DNA of 61,803 nt, counting the filler, from Rhabdomonas costata (taxonomy: Eukaryota), in assembly GCA_019059605.1 (NCBI GenBank). It is 21 parts of 21 records of this genome, joined end to end, with 100 filler letters (N's around TTAATTAATTAA, not from the genome) between each part and the next. Parts side by side here need not be neighbours in the genome. Positions count along the whole stretch, not along the records: positions 35,398 to 38,244 come from JAHMHO010001900.1; positions 38,345 to 41,190 come from JAHMHO010001901.1; positions 41,291 to 44,138 come from JAHMHO010001902.1; positions 44,239 to 47,084 come from JAHMHO010001903.1; positions 47,185 to 50,029 come from JAHMHO010001904.1; positions 50,130 to 52,975 come from JAHMHO010001905.1; 15 more parts are not named here. One strand, 5' to 3'. The notes under the pieces were generated by a model. The model was not told the origin of the DNA, did not search any database, and saw nothing but the letters and a program-made list of their open reading frames with translations. Within the stretch, counting starts at the first letter, position 1. Each line of letters starts with the position of its first letter. Below, piece after piece: positions 37,457-50,446 of this stretch. The translations under genes were made by a program, and so were the position numbers.

Positions 37457-38642
37457 GGGGGGGTCGCCGTTAGATGTTGTCTGTGAGTGCTTTCTGTATT
37501 GTCCCCACGCGTTTTGTGTTCGTCCATCCTTCGGCTGTCTTCCCCGTCGCTGCTTTTCCCGCTCTCTGTCGGATCCCGCACACACCAGCACTCACAACTG
37601 CCCAAGATGCCGCCATCTGTTGCCTTTCCCTTTGCGTGTCTTTCGGTTTTGTCTGCTGCGCGCTCCGCCGTACCCGGCCGATTACCTGCCACACTCCCTG
37701 GTTTTCTTCAACTTCACCGCCCCGACATTCGTTTTACCTTTTATCCTCCCGTCCTGACCGCGAGCCTTTTCCTTCCATTCTCCCTGTGAATAGTCAACAA
37801 ACGTTTTGACCTCTTTGCCCTCTTTGCCGCAGTTCCATCCTCCCTGCCTCTCCCAATGACTTCGGTTCCACCCCCTCTGCACGTAATTTACTGCATTGTT
37901 TTCGCCTGAACAATTGGCACCCCGGCATGCCCCGCTGCTTATTCTCTCTGTTCTGTCCAAAAAAATCCCCCCCAAAAAACGCAGCTTTTCTAAAACCCTT
38001 CTCTCAGGAGAGAAAGGCGCAAGGGATGGCAACGCGGCTAATCTTGATCCCTGCGCAACGGAAGGAATAACGGAAACCAGAGGAGCAAAAAAAAAGCGAC
38101 AAGTTACGAAATGGCACCGGGGGAAACGGGGGAGCTACTCCGAGAAAGCGAGGGGGACGCAATATCCTGGAGGAAAACAAAAGAGCACCTGATTATAGTC
38201 CCACATGTAAACCGTGGTTGAATTGGGATGCCTGTAGAACCCAANNNNNNNNNNNNNNNNNNNNNNNNNNNNNNNNNNNNNNNNNNNNTTAATTAATTAA
38301 NNNNNNNNNNNNNNNNNNNNNNNNNNNNNNNNNNNNNNNNNNNNGGTGTGGTGGGTCGAAGACGTTTGCGCTCTCATGACCGCCGGGTGTCCTGTGATTT
38401 TGTCATGTTTCCATTTGCAGATGCATTTGCAGATGGTTTCCTTCTCAATTTTTCCTGGTATCAGAACGAATTTCAGCCCTCGAGCCCCTGATGGTGAAGA
38501 AAGGCAACGAAATGCGAAAGTCGCTGTTTCTCTTTTCCTTTTCTCCTTCCCGCTTCTACGGAGTATTTGAACCCGATATGAGATGTTCCAGATGACCAGG
38601 TGACCAGTCTGCTTCTTCTGTCTCCTTTGTGGTATGGGTCAG

Positions 38643-38834
38643 GTGTCCCGAAGTCAGCTGGTGTTTGAGGTGGAGCCGTCCTCCCGGGCAGCCAGCGTGC
38701 GCAGCGAGGGAGTGAATCCCAGCTACGTGGTCTTCGCCGACTCTTCGGGGCGGATGGAGCCCTTTGCGCGGTGCAGCGCCACGCAGAAGGTGAATCTGCA
38801 GGAGGGCGACCTGGTCAGCCTGCTATCGGATCAG
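38643..38834 (+). CDS. FHA-domain exon (PNKP/aprataxin/APLF type)
   Basis: AG/GT-bounded 192-nt exon: VSRSQL...GVNPS...LQEGDLVSLL. A probable acidic downstream exon lies near 40621-40676 (EDTDSDATEVME). Confidence 0.7.
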
Positions 38835-41373
38835 GTCTTAACGGGGCTCATGAGGGGGGGGGGACTGCTCTTCTTTGGGTTTTTCTCACGCAACAGGGAG
38901 TGCGTCTGAGAAGGATCGCAGGACATAGGGAAGACGTATGCCAGAAAATGGGCCCCCATACGTCTGGAAGACTACGTTGAGTTGACATCTAGTACTTGAA
39001 TCTCTCATCTACCACTACCTCTCCTTTTGAAATCTGAGAGAACAGGTGCATCGTCTCCCAACCCTCTGAAAAAACTCGCTACGCAATTTTAATGACGATT
39101 GACGGGGAAAGCAATTGTGACTTCTGGTCGATATCGCTACCCAATGGCTCTCGGGTGATCGTATTGCACCGTTGGAAACGCACCTAATATTTGAAGAGTC
39201 ACCAAAAACAATTGACAAGAAAAATCGCGAGAGAGATCAGAGGGGATCAACAAAACTCGAAAACGAAATAGAACCTTATTGCACTGTTGTTTGACTGTAT
39301 TTGTCAGGAACTTCTTTGCAACTTTTCTGTTTTGCAGGGGTTCTGCGAGTTCTGCAGAAGTTCTGAGCCAGCTCCCAGTTCCAAGAAGTTGTGCACTTCC
39401 GCTGCTCGGAGTTCGGAGGCATCCGTCATCCGTTTTCTCCTATTTTCCCGCGACATTGCCTTCCGAAGCACATCTCACATCTATTCTGCTGCGGAGGGAG
39501 GCGGGTGGCTGAAAGATGAAATTTAGACTTGGTTCGCGGGGAACAGATTAACCGACAACAATGGTTGTGCTCGCTTTTTTCTCTGATGAATAAACAATAA
39601 AATGAACGCTGAGGTAATATGAGACTCTTTTCTGGGCACAGGGCTGTTCTCCCCTTGGACCGATGGATGACCTTTGGCGAGCCGAGACTCTCCCACTGCA
39701 GCGTCGAGCAGTGGTAATGAGCTGCCTTGTTTTGGTTAACAAGGTTGGGAAGTGGGTAAGGGGTTTTCCCTTTCTATTATACGACGCTGTTACCTAAACG
39801 TCTGATTCGGAATCAGCATCGAGGTGCGACATGAGACTTCAGTATGCAAATCATATGTTTGCTGTTTGCCTGCCCCGTGGTCTCAGGCAGTACAGCCCGC
39901 TGCTGTGTGCGGCCGCTACTGTTGGGCACCCCGTCTGTTAGCATGCGCTTAGTCGGAAAAGTGAATGCATCAATATGTACTTGCATCTGAACTCGCGCAC
40001 GAGCGTTCTGACAAATGGGACAAACAACAAAGCATAGCAGCAACAAGAGCACAAAAACTGAGAAGAAAAAGAATGCTCTCAGTGGATTTGGTGAACAATG
40101 GGCACCATCGCCATCGCCTTTTCCCAGGTCGACCCACCCTCCGGAGCTCCACCGCTCAAAGGTCCCCCATCTTTCATTTTCCTGCTTCAGTTTTTATACG
40201 GCACCTGGGCACTGCCTGAAGCTCTTTGGTCTTTGTCGTGTGCGTGAAACTTCCAGAATTGTACTTCATTTCTTGGGCATAAAGTCCTTTGCACACCTTT
40301 GAGCTGTTTGTGCAAAGAAGGGAAAGAGTTCGCCTTTCCTTTTGGTTTGTTGGACATTTTTTTAATGAAGCACTGGCTTTGCACTGATAACGTTTGTCTC
40401 AGCCAATTGGTCTGTGAGTCTTTGCGGATATGGGAAATATTTTTCTGGGATTATGGTCTGTTTGCTTCTGTTAGTGTTCGCCCCTGCCCCTGTTTTGCGC
40501 GGCGCCGTTTTTGCTCCCCTCTTCGCGATGCTTTTTCTTCGCTTTGAGCAACCCCTGCCCTGGAGAATTTTTCAAGGGCTTTATGGCCCTGCGGCGACTC
40601 TCTTCGGTTGTGATGCACAGGAGAGGACACGGACTCCGACGCGACTGAGGTCATGGAAGATTCCCCTGCGCTGAAGGTACTCTTCCTTCCCTTCCTTTTT
40701 TGGGGAGGCTTGTTCGAGAAGGATGGGGAAGAATATCATCCTGAACATCCTGTTCCTGTTTGTGAGCTTCCTTCTGACTTGAGAAGCCAGTAGTACGTTG
40801 CTGTGGCATGGACAGATGCAGGAAAACGGCAAGGTTGCGATTCCTGCATCAGTCCATGCCATAGCAACGTACTACTGGCTTCTCTTGTGGGACCCCTCTG
40901 TGCGTGACTCCCTCGTCAAAGTAGACAGTCCATCTCGCCGCCTTCTCCTCTCACGGGAGTTTTTTACCATGTCGTTCTGGTTCATATGGGATTGGATGCT
41001 GCTTTTGCGTTGCGTTATGGTGGATTATGTGCTGGCCTCCGCAAGGCTCGACATGGGCGCGTAGCTCATTGGTTGTGTGATTTTAGTACATAGAGGGGCT
41101 TACAGCAACATAGTGGAGATGGAGCTTAACTCGAAACTTGAATCCAGATTTCCAGACTTTCCAAACAAAACCTCAAACTCTCCCAACACANNNNNNNNNN
41201 NNNNNNNNNNNNNNNNNNNNNNNNNNNNNNNNNNTTAATTAATTAANNNNNNNNNNNNNNNNNNNNNNNNNNNNNNNNNNNNNNNNNNNNGTTTTGTGGG
41301 GAAACAAATGGTGGAGGACTTGCCCCGCCCTCGATAGTAACTACATGCAACGCAAGCACCGACACTGACACAC

Positions 41374-41906
41374 CATAGCTTGCGGACTGGAAAGAGGTCA
41401 GCGTCCGACGCGATGATGAAGGAATCACTCGGGAAAGGCAGGCACGCCGTGTACAACCTGATGTGCTGTGCTTCAGTTGCAGAATTCAAGAACGGAAAGT
41501 CATACACAATGGACCCGAGCCCCAGCAGGGATTCTCGCGCGAAGCTCAGGGCTGGCAGAGTGGACCAGTTCTCTCCGAGCAGCAACGCGATGGTGGTGAC
41601 ATTCATGAGTTCTCGCCAACTGAGCGCTACCAGAGGCAGTTCAAAGCCATAGTGACGGCCCAGCTTGCCCTTAGCCAGCGCCCCCATGGCGACATAAAAA
41701 CGATTCACCGGTCCCAGACGGGCCCTTCTGCCTCGGACCCCACCGTGGGCCATGACATTTGCTCGGCGTCTATGTGTGCGAAGGGGATAGGAAATAGGAC
41801 CAAGCGAGCCAGTTGAACGGAGCACATCTTCGGCCCTCACAATGACAGCGAGGAGGCTCACCAGCAGGACTTCCAGCAAAAAGAGCCTGGAATGGAAAAA
41901 GGGCAT
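41374..41906 (-). CDS. Signal-anchored putative glycosyltransferase-like protein (first exon)
   Basis: Hydrophobic N-terminus, then YGFELPLVALSW, AQHIRLY and a DxD-like FIIASDADLFP. Ends at a GTGTGT donor. Confidence 0.65.
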
Positions 41907-44900
41907 CACCCTTCGGTAGCAAACAGGAGTTAGCTCTGCTGCCGCTCAGTGCTCAGAAATTGAGAAGAGAGGGCGAATGTTGTTTGTCGCCAAAGACAAG
42001 AACGAAAAGATGCTCCTGGAAAGGACAGTTTATCACGACAGAAACAAAGCCCTAAAACTTTCCAAAACAAATCTAAAAGAAAGACATGAGGAAGAGAAGT
42101 GGAGAAAGTTCCAAGTTCCACATTTCAAAAAACCACCTAACTCTGAAACTTTGGTAGCCGACCTGAGTTCTGAGAGGGGCGTTCCCACAAACAAAAACCT
42201 CAAGGACGCTGATGACTTTCATTTTCTTTTGAGGTATTTGCCTCTGCACGCTGCAGCTAGGCGAACTCCACCAGCTCGACGTGTGCAGAAACCACCTGGT
42301 CATGAAAGCCTTGTGTCATGGATTCATAGTGTCGTTTGTTCCCTTCCCTGAGGTGGGGGTACTTGTCCTTGGACCTCCCTGCAACAGAGGACCCATGCAT
42401 GCCGCCTCCTTCGTTCATAAGAAGCCGCTGGGCTGGGTGTCGTGGCGCCCTCGTTGCAGAGCAATCGCAGCCCGCGTTCCCCTCGGGATTGGAATGGATG
42501 GCCAGCCCACCTTCCTAAACGTTCCTAGACGCTGAGCTACTCGACGAGAAAATGGGAGGAGCTCTCTACCGATTTGCGTACCTTCCGGCTTCTTATCACT
42601 TTCTTGGTCCGTACATGTTGTTTGCTGTTTGCTGTTTGCACGTAGACCTATCAAGTGCCGAACGGTGTATCCATTGTTTTTGTGAAAACACCTGGACCAT
42701 TCGTGCTTGTAAGTGTGAAGCTGCTGTTTCCCCGTATTTTTAAATGACTCCCAACCAGAAACCCACAAAGATAATACTCTGAGGTGCGAAGTCGTTTGGA
42801 GAACTGAAAGACCTGGCGTCGGCGATTTTACATCTAACAGGAGCCCCCCAACCCCCAACGTTCAATGATGACTTCAGAGGATGCCCCGAAAATGCCTGAC
42901 CAAGAACTCCGATCGCCCTCTGCCCCAATTGCCACCGAGCACTCACAAGAAACCAGGCGGTGTTTCCCCAGTTTCTCCACTTCACTTTCCAAACATGGCA
43001 AATCAAAGCGCATCAAAACTTGAAAATGAGCGGAACACACCACTTGTGCCTGTTTTGGAGAACTGTGTGTTGAAATGCTTTGCCGTACTGGTAAATTCCG
43101 TGTAATTAACGGTTGGAAAAGGTTAGATATGCAATTGACAACGCTTTGCATTTGTCAACGGGTTGGTAAAATGCAGTCTTCCCGCGTTCGGGTTCGTCAA
43201 GATGAGGATGCTTGGCCGCCCCCACCCGGTAACTTTTCAACCTGGACAGTGCGGTTGCCTCGTTTCAGCGTTTCTTGCTTCGACAAACGGAGACCATCTG
43301 CAGTGACTTTTCGCCTGTGTCGGCTCTTGAGCCCGCTTGCGAGTTCTCGTTCCTTTTCTGAAGCAGAACAAGACTGTCGGAGTTCGGTATCCGCGACGAT
43401 CTCCCAAGTGTTGGTTCCCCCAGCACGACTGGCGGTCCTGGAAGTGACTTGGCCCGCTCGAACATTCCAGGAACATCTCCAGTGACCCCCTGCACAATCT
43501 CCAGAGCAGAAGTTGTTCAAATGAAAGTATTTTCTGACATTCAAAGCTGGAATTAAGGAGTGCTTATTATAAAGGAGTGTTCAAGAAAACGTGACACTCA
43601 CCCACGCGTACGGAAAGAGATGCTGGAATATCACTGATTGACTAAGACCCTTGAGCGCACCCTCAACAACACCCAAAACACGCTGAATCCAGATGTTCTA
43701 AAGGATCCGCGGGTGACTGTTGAATTTGCTTCTGCAGTTGCCCTGGCTTCTGTGTCACTTCTAGGTCACTTCGGCGGACAGGGCAAAATAGACTCTCTCA
43801 CCAGAAATTTTCGCAGCGTTAAAACATCGTGAAAAACAAAACATGTTCAACCTGACGTTTGTCAGGCGCGGGTTCCTATTTGGGGTGCTGCGCCGCAAAG
43901 TTCTTTACAAAACCTGTTTGGGAACAGCAAAAATGTTTCTCCTATGTTAAACCGAAGGTATTCCTGCATGCCATGTTCTGATATTAGTATTGATCGATAA
44001 TACAGCACTTACACCAGCCCAAGAGGTGAATAACCTCTTGCACACACACACCACCGTTCCACACCCCAGCACCACAACGAAGGGGACACTCATTTCGGGG
44101 GACACTCTAGTGTCTTGGGGCCTTTGTTCAGCTGCCTGNNNNNNNNNNNNNNNNNNNNNNNNNNNNNNNNNNNNNNNNNNNNTTAATTAATTAANNNNNN
44201 NNNNNNNNNNNNNNNNNNNNNNNNNNNNNNNNNNNNNNTGGGCAAAAAGGTCATTTGGCCAAAGGGGCATTTCGTTAGTGGGAAATGTGGGTGAAAGCAT
44301 GTGTTGTTGTGGATATTTTTCAAGGAAAGGGTTGAACTTGGCCGTGGAAGATGAATTTGTTTCTGGTGTTTAGCGTTTAACTCTTTCCGAAGCGGTGCGA
44401 CGCTGCAAGACATGTGTGGCTTGCCCGCTGGAACCCGCTCGAGCATCACCTTCCCGAGTCCAGATGAAGCAGCAATAAATTTCCTTTATTGAACCAATGT
44501 GCTTAGCATCAAACGTCACGGACCTTTAACCGCAGCACGATACTGATCCATGTTTAAAAAGATCAAATCACCCAAAGGGGCCGTCCGCGAAAAATGAGGT
44601 CGTTTCTATTCAAGCGCGGGTCTGTGCTCAGTACATTTAAAGACCATATGTTGTTGCTGTAATTGATTAATTACGTCCAGAAAAGACATAATCTGGACAT
44701 CTGACCAATCTTGCGTAAAAGATTGGTTCAGTGAAATGGTTGTTATGGAGCGCATTGTATTTGGATGAAGGACATCATTCCACCTTGGACCGCACTGCCC
44801 TGTTTGTTGCCAGGCCTTTACTTTGGCTGACACGCAAATATGCTCTGCTTACAGCATATGGCGTCGAAGCAAAGAGCTTCCATGGAATTCAGCTCCTCCG

Positions 44901-45238
44901 GAAACTTTGGCCTGGGTCACACTCAGTTCTTGACCGACGTGGTGGGCTTTTCTCACGATCCATGTGGGCTGTGGTGCGTGTGCTTGTTCCTCTGTCAAAA
45001 AGTATAGAAGAAAAGAGCTACCAGTATCTGAAGCATCTGCTATTTTGCGAGAGAAGAATATCTCAGGCTTCAGTCTTTCAGCTTCGTAGCTAGCGCGTGC
45101 AAGTGAACTTCGGAAATTTAATCTGCCGTGGGATGCTCCAAGAGTTTTACCGCCGTTTTTACTTTTCGTTGCCGATAGGTTTCAAGAACATTTCTGAATT
45201 CGCGGAAGTCAAGGTTCGGTGTCCGATTTTTGCCGTAG

Positions 45239-46307
45239 GGCCGAAGCAAAGTTGACCGCAGCCTCGACCTCCGGAGATGGAACGCTGAAGGTGTGGGACC
45301 TGAAAACCGGACTCTGCCTGAGCAGCGTGGCCGTCCCTGTTTCCGATGTGGCAGAAGGATGTTTTACGCCGTCGGAGGGAAAGGCAAGTGGCAGAAATGA
45401 GACTGCACGTCCAACTGCCGTGGCGGCTCAGGTTGTGCTCGCCCATCTGCGGCTCAGCGCCACTCCATCTCAGTGCCAATGCAGCTACGTATTGGCCGTG
45501 ACAGTGGAGGGAAGTGAGGAAATTCCTCTCTACCGTTGGAGCAGGCCTGTCGCACCCTCCATTCCTTCCTCTCTTCAATCCCGCCTGCGCAATATTTCGT
45601 GAAGATTGTGTTATGATCTGTTTCTCACGTTGTTTTGTCACATGTCCTCATGCTTAGGGGATATATGATGGCGGTTGGGTGTTTGAAGAAGTCTCATCGG
45701 ATCAGGGAAACGAACTGTTGTTGGCAGTTAATTGTTTCCGTCTCCCTGTCTTGCAGAGATGTCAGTGAGCTTCTGCCACTGCCGCCGCTGCGCCCTTCTC
45801 CAGGGTCTGGTGCTGTGCTAAGGCTGCTGGTTGTTCCTGCCCCGGTAGCCGATAGTACTGCATCCTCAGCGGAATGCCATTTATGGGCCCTGACTGCTCA
45901 GCCTCCACACCTGCACTGCTGGAGACTTGCCTCCGAGCCCCAGGGTGGACACCCGCCTCCCACTCTCACTGTTTCTGCGAGAAGTTATGACATGACAAGA
46001 TTTATGAAGGGAAACCTTCACTCCTGGTGTTATATTCTACAATGGATGTTCAGGTGGGCGTATTCCTTGTGACTTGAAGGGTGCTTTTATTACGTCATGT
46101 CTTTGTGACATCTCAGTGTATGTGCCACTGTGTCCTTCGCGCAGGGCTGCAGACTGTGCCATGCACCCTCCCTGTGGAGCTCTGCCAGAGTTTAGCCCAG
46201 CGCTTTTCGCTGGCATCTCCGCGCGGCTCCCAGACGCTGTGCCAGGAGCTAAGCAGTCGGAAGAGGCTGAAGGCTTGCAAAGACTGATGCCGACTGTTAA
46301 CATTTAG
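45239..46307 (+). CDS. WD40-repeat protein, 3' part
   Basis: Exons 45239-45598, 45757-~46053 and ~46145-46307. Motif ASTSGDGTLKVWDLKTGLCL. Confidence 0.7.
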
Positions 46308-46585
46308 ACCGCTTTTGGAAACAGCTGTTTGATTTCTTGCTGGTCCTGGTTCTGATTCAAGTCCCGGCCTTTACTAATGACCAGCGACGGTACACTTTGC
46401 TCTCTGTGTTTCGCCTCGTAATATGACGGTTGCCGTTGCCATTTTCTTGTGTAAGCAAGGAAGCCCGAAGGGAATGCAGGACATCAATCCAAATTGTTGA
46501 TTTTACTCAATATCACCCAAGCAGTGCACAAATTATATATCTCGACCTACCCCCATCCCTTTCTGAGGGCAAGGTGGGTGGGTAA

Positions 46586-46813
46586 TCAGATTGGGCCTGC
46601 CAATTTTTTGAGCAGTTCATCATTGCGTGCTATGGGGTATTTGTCCTTCTTCTTTGTTTTTTTGTGTTTGCGATGCTCATCTCTCAGAAAGCGTAGCTTC
46701 TCTGCACAAGAGGCGTACGCCGATAGGACTCTTCTCAGGCTCAATACTTTATCCGCCCAGTTTGCGAGCGGGCTCCGTTTACGCCGCAACGTCATTGCAG
46801 ATTGAATGCGCAA
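46586..46813 (-). CDS. Possible last exon of a convergent hypothetical gene
   Basis: Open frame LANWADKVLSLRRVL...KHKKTKKKDK...LLKKLAGPI* with a lysine-rich tail. No family recognised. Confidence 0.35.
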   Translation of the reverse strand: MRIQSAMTLRRKRSPLANWADKVLSLRRVLSAYASCAEKLRFLRDEHRKHKKTKKKDKYPIARNDELLKKLAGPI

Positions 46814-47189
46814 TTATTGCGTTGGGTTGAGGGGTTGTTCCACGGCGCAACGCAGATGTTTTTTCTGGTCTTTGTGGATGTGGTGCAAAGTGGCTTTTTT
46901 GGATTCCCGTGGCAACTGTTCCAAGGGTGTACGTGGGTTACGGGAACTTTTTTCGAAAGCCACTCGTTTGCAAACTTTGTTGAAACGCCGGTCGAGGGGC
47001 GGGAATCAAAAGTTTAGCACAAAGGCAAGTAAAAACTGCATGCAATATGGCAAGAGAAAAAATGGAACGTTCCCAAGCCATCCCNNNNNNNNNNNNNNNN
47101 NNNNNNNNNNNNNNNNNNNNNNNNNNNNTTAATTAATTAANNNNNNNNNNNNNNNNNNNNNNNNNNNNNNNNNNNNNNNNNNNNGGTTT

Positions 47190-47297
47190 TTGGGATCCAG
47201 CGCAATGGTATTATGCGGATGAAGGACTCCGTGCTGAAGCTGGCCAGCATCAGCACGGAGTCCTTCATCCGCATAATACCATTGCGCTGGATCCCAA
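47190..47297. repeat. 108-nt palindrome at a contig start (fold-back chimera within an RPC1 exon)
   Basis: The arms mirror the coding exon around TGGCCA and replace the conserved continuation after LASF. Confidence 0.9.
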
Positions 47298-49844
47298 GAA
47301 TCATCCTGTCAAAGGCCAAGTTCGAGTCAAGCTCAGAACAGCGATAATTCGAGAAAATGCGTCGGGTAAGACCCCCCAAAAAACGCACTCGTGGCAGCGT
47401 CGGTGGAAGGGGGGGAGGGAGACATGTGTCAAGCAGTTTAGCACAGTCTAGCACACATCAAAGGCGTAAGAGGGAAACAAGAAAGAAGTGAGCTGGATGG
47501 TGGCGGTGGTAGCAGGATTCCATGAGGCCGCGGTGGTGACCGTGAAGGTTTGAATCTTAAACGCGGAGGAAATACTGACGAATTTCAACATATTTCAAAA
47601 GAAAAATGCACTGCGAAATCAGGGGAACGAAAAGCGAGGATAGTGTTCATGCCCCTTGAAGGTCATCACATCGGCGAGCTGCTGGATGTGCCGCACGTCC
47701 ACGCTAAGGCCGTAATTGGACATTGTGGCGGTGATCTCGGAGATAATCGTGCTGCGAGCGGCCTCCACGCCTAGCGTGCTCTGGATGACTAAGATGTGGT
47801 TGGACTTGGTGTGAGTTCCCACCTATGAGAATACAGGGCTTGGGGGCCGGTGGAGGAGGGAGCTGATGAATCCACATGGATCCGTGGCATCGAGGCCCTT
47901 TGCATGGAACTGAAACAAGCACTATATCAAAAATCAAAAATCATAAATATCATATCAAAGATCAAAAATAACAAAATGGACCAAGTATCAGCAAAGGTAT
48001 GGGAAGTCGATCCATCAAACTCCATTTGTCCCCACCTTCAGTGCAATCAGAAAACCTGCATTGAAAATCCACTGTAAAATGCCAAGAATATCGTGACGAT
48101 TTGCTTGCAAGGAATTCAGCATCAGCAAACGCCTGCGAAACCTTGCGCCATACACCCGAATAGACCCGGATACATCCAGATAGAGGCACAAGACAGAGCA
48201 GGGTTATTGCCAATGGAGCCAAACAGCGCACAATACTCAAACACTATCCTTATGGCAACCGAACAACTTCTGAGGATTCGCTGCTTCCGCTGGGTTGCCT
48301 CGGGTTGCCTCTGCCGAACTCATGTGAGCAGAATGCAAGGCTATGCAGCACAGGACCACTCCGGGGGTGGCCATCACGGAGCGCAGGTCCTCGCCCTCCA
48401 CCAGAATGCGATACGCGCGCTTCCCCTTCGTCCCATCTGGGGCTTTGGAAGGGCCCAGGTCCTCGATCACCGCCCGCGTGACCCCGGGGATGCCCTTGAC
48501 AGGCACCAAGGGGAGCATCTGCTGGATCGTTACCAAGTTGTGGTACATCTCCTCTCGGGTAGACGTGGTAGGGTAGACCGCCAGCTGGCTCTCAGAGACA
48601 ACCCGAACGTGCTTATCCTGCGGAAGAGCCAAAGGAGCTTCTTCTCCTTCAACCAAGTGTCGCCGTTGTGTACTGTCGTCCTTTCACTCCTTTCTGGTCT
48701 AATGTTGTAATTAAATGCTCCAGGGCAGGTAGTTGCCTGAAGACGAGAGTAAGAGATAAAGGATAGGGTCGCATGTGTATGACCAAGCTAACTATGCGCC
48801 TTGAAAGCCCAACCGAATCGTAAAATGGGTCAGTAATTGAAAACGTTTTTTGCTTATGCTTCACCACAACTCCTCTTAACCTCCCGAAGACGGCGCTTAC
48901 CTGCGTAATACTTGCAGTTTGCTTCTTCCCTTTTTTTCATCACTTTCGCCCAACAACCATGCTCTGGCCCTTAATTTGGTCTGTTAGCCCGGAAACAATT
49001 TGGGCCATTTTGCAGTTGCTGTGCAAAGCAGCTTAAGCTTGCAAAGCTCCTGACAGGAGGACTGAGAGACAGGGATGAAAAGCCTTAATATTGTGAGCGC
49101 TGATATTTTCCGTATCATCGATCACAGGCCGAAGGAGCCCCATACGATCAGTACCGCAAACGCCCAAAATGTGCACTGCCCCTCTTCAATTTCTCTCTGT
49201 ACCTGGAGGTTGATCTTCTTTTGCTTGCTGAAGATCAGGATGGCCTGCTTGATCTGCCCAATCGTGATGTCGATCTGCAGCTCGTACACCGCTCGGGTGT
49301 CAATCTGGACCGAAAGCTGGCACTGCCCCCTGGTGTACACCTGGAATCACGGGAAAAGAAGAACACAAAAGTTCCAAAATAAGAGTGTCCGTGCAGGAAA
49401 ACGGCGAGCATCCTTTTTTATATGAAATTTTTGTACATTCTTTTTTGCAATTGTAAAGAAAAAGATATCCGTGTCATGTATATGTGTATAGTAAAGTTTC
49501 AAAAAAAAAAGTCTACAAAAAAGAAGCACAGCAGTGCCAACATTCCCGAGGAAAGAGTATAAAGTTACCGAGAACTGGCCAGCACAGCAAGTAAGGCCTC
49601 CTGCAACGACCGATGTGATAATTTCTTTTCACGCTTCGCCCAAAAGAACCAATTGAAAAGAAAAATAGCAGGCAGGTCGATACAAAGACGCACACGCACC
49701 TGAGCAATGTGGCTGCAGATGTCCCCCAGGAAGGTGCGCTCGATCCGGGCCTTCACAATGCGCACGCTGGCCAGCTCCGTGGCGTTCTCCAGGGTGGCGG
49801 TGATCACCGGGGTGGAGATCTTCCGCACAGCGTTGATGATCTCC
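47236..49844 (-). CDS. POLR3A: RNA polymerase III largest subunit (RPC1), internal fragment
   Basis: Exons 49844-49700, 49340-49203, 48617-48357, 47822-47653 and 47305-~47236. Motifs EIINAVRKISTPVITA, VKARIERTFLGDI, LGVEAAR, DVRHIQQLADVMTFKG and MKDSVLMLASF. Confidence 0.95.
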
Positions 49845-50446
49845 CTGCCACCACAACCCCTCCCCTTCAGATCGTGGCCAGAATTCAGTCTCCTGCCACT
49901 GACATTAAGTTGATGTTTATACTAGTTTATATTTGCCAAAGGGATGGGGCTTCACACCCGCACCATGACACTTGCACAGCGTGCGCCAGCTCTTGCGCTG
50001 CCAGTACGTCCTCCCCCCTACCAACCCACNNNNNNNNNNNNNNNNNNNNNNNNNNNNNNNNNNNNNNNNNNNNTTAATTAATTAANNNNNNNNNNNNNNN
50101 NNNNNNNNNNNNNNNNNNNNNNNNNNNNNTGTAACGGACACGCAAAAACCCCATTCCATGATCCATGTGTTGTCCATACTCTTCCCAGTAGCTGGGCGAG
50201 GAACTGTCATGAGGCTCACAGGAGCGGGGTTAGGGGTCACAACATCAATTGGCCGCAGTTGAATGGAAGGGAAGCACAGCACTGCGAGCGCAGTAGGGCA
50301 GGGTTTGGGCCTGCAGTTACTTTCTCGCGGAGGATGGGCCACAAATCGACTCCCACACGTCTCTCACCCACATTGACGGGGGAGCCGAGAATATGGAAAA
50401 GCAACAGAGCAAAAAAAATGGAAAACGGCAGAGAAATGGGACGAAC

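Noticed and set aside
29831-41906. Apparent glycan-biosynthesis cluster (aminotransferase plus GT-like genes)
   Set aside because: The genes are on separate contigs of near-identical length, so adjacency is artificial.
41977-42351. Lys/Glu-rich 124-aa ORF
   Set aside because: Most likely the antisense of the pyrimidine-rich upstream region of the minus-strand gene. No motif seen.
47190-47297. Palindrome inside the RPC1 exon as a regulatory RNA structure
   Set aside because: It truncates the conserved LASFE motif and centres on a natural short hairpin able to self-prime, so it is a chimera.
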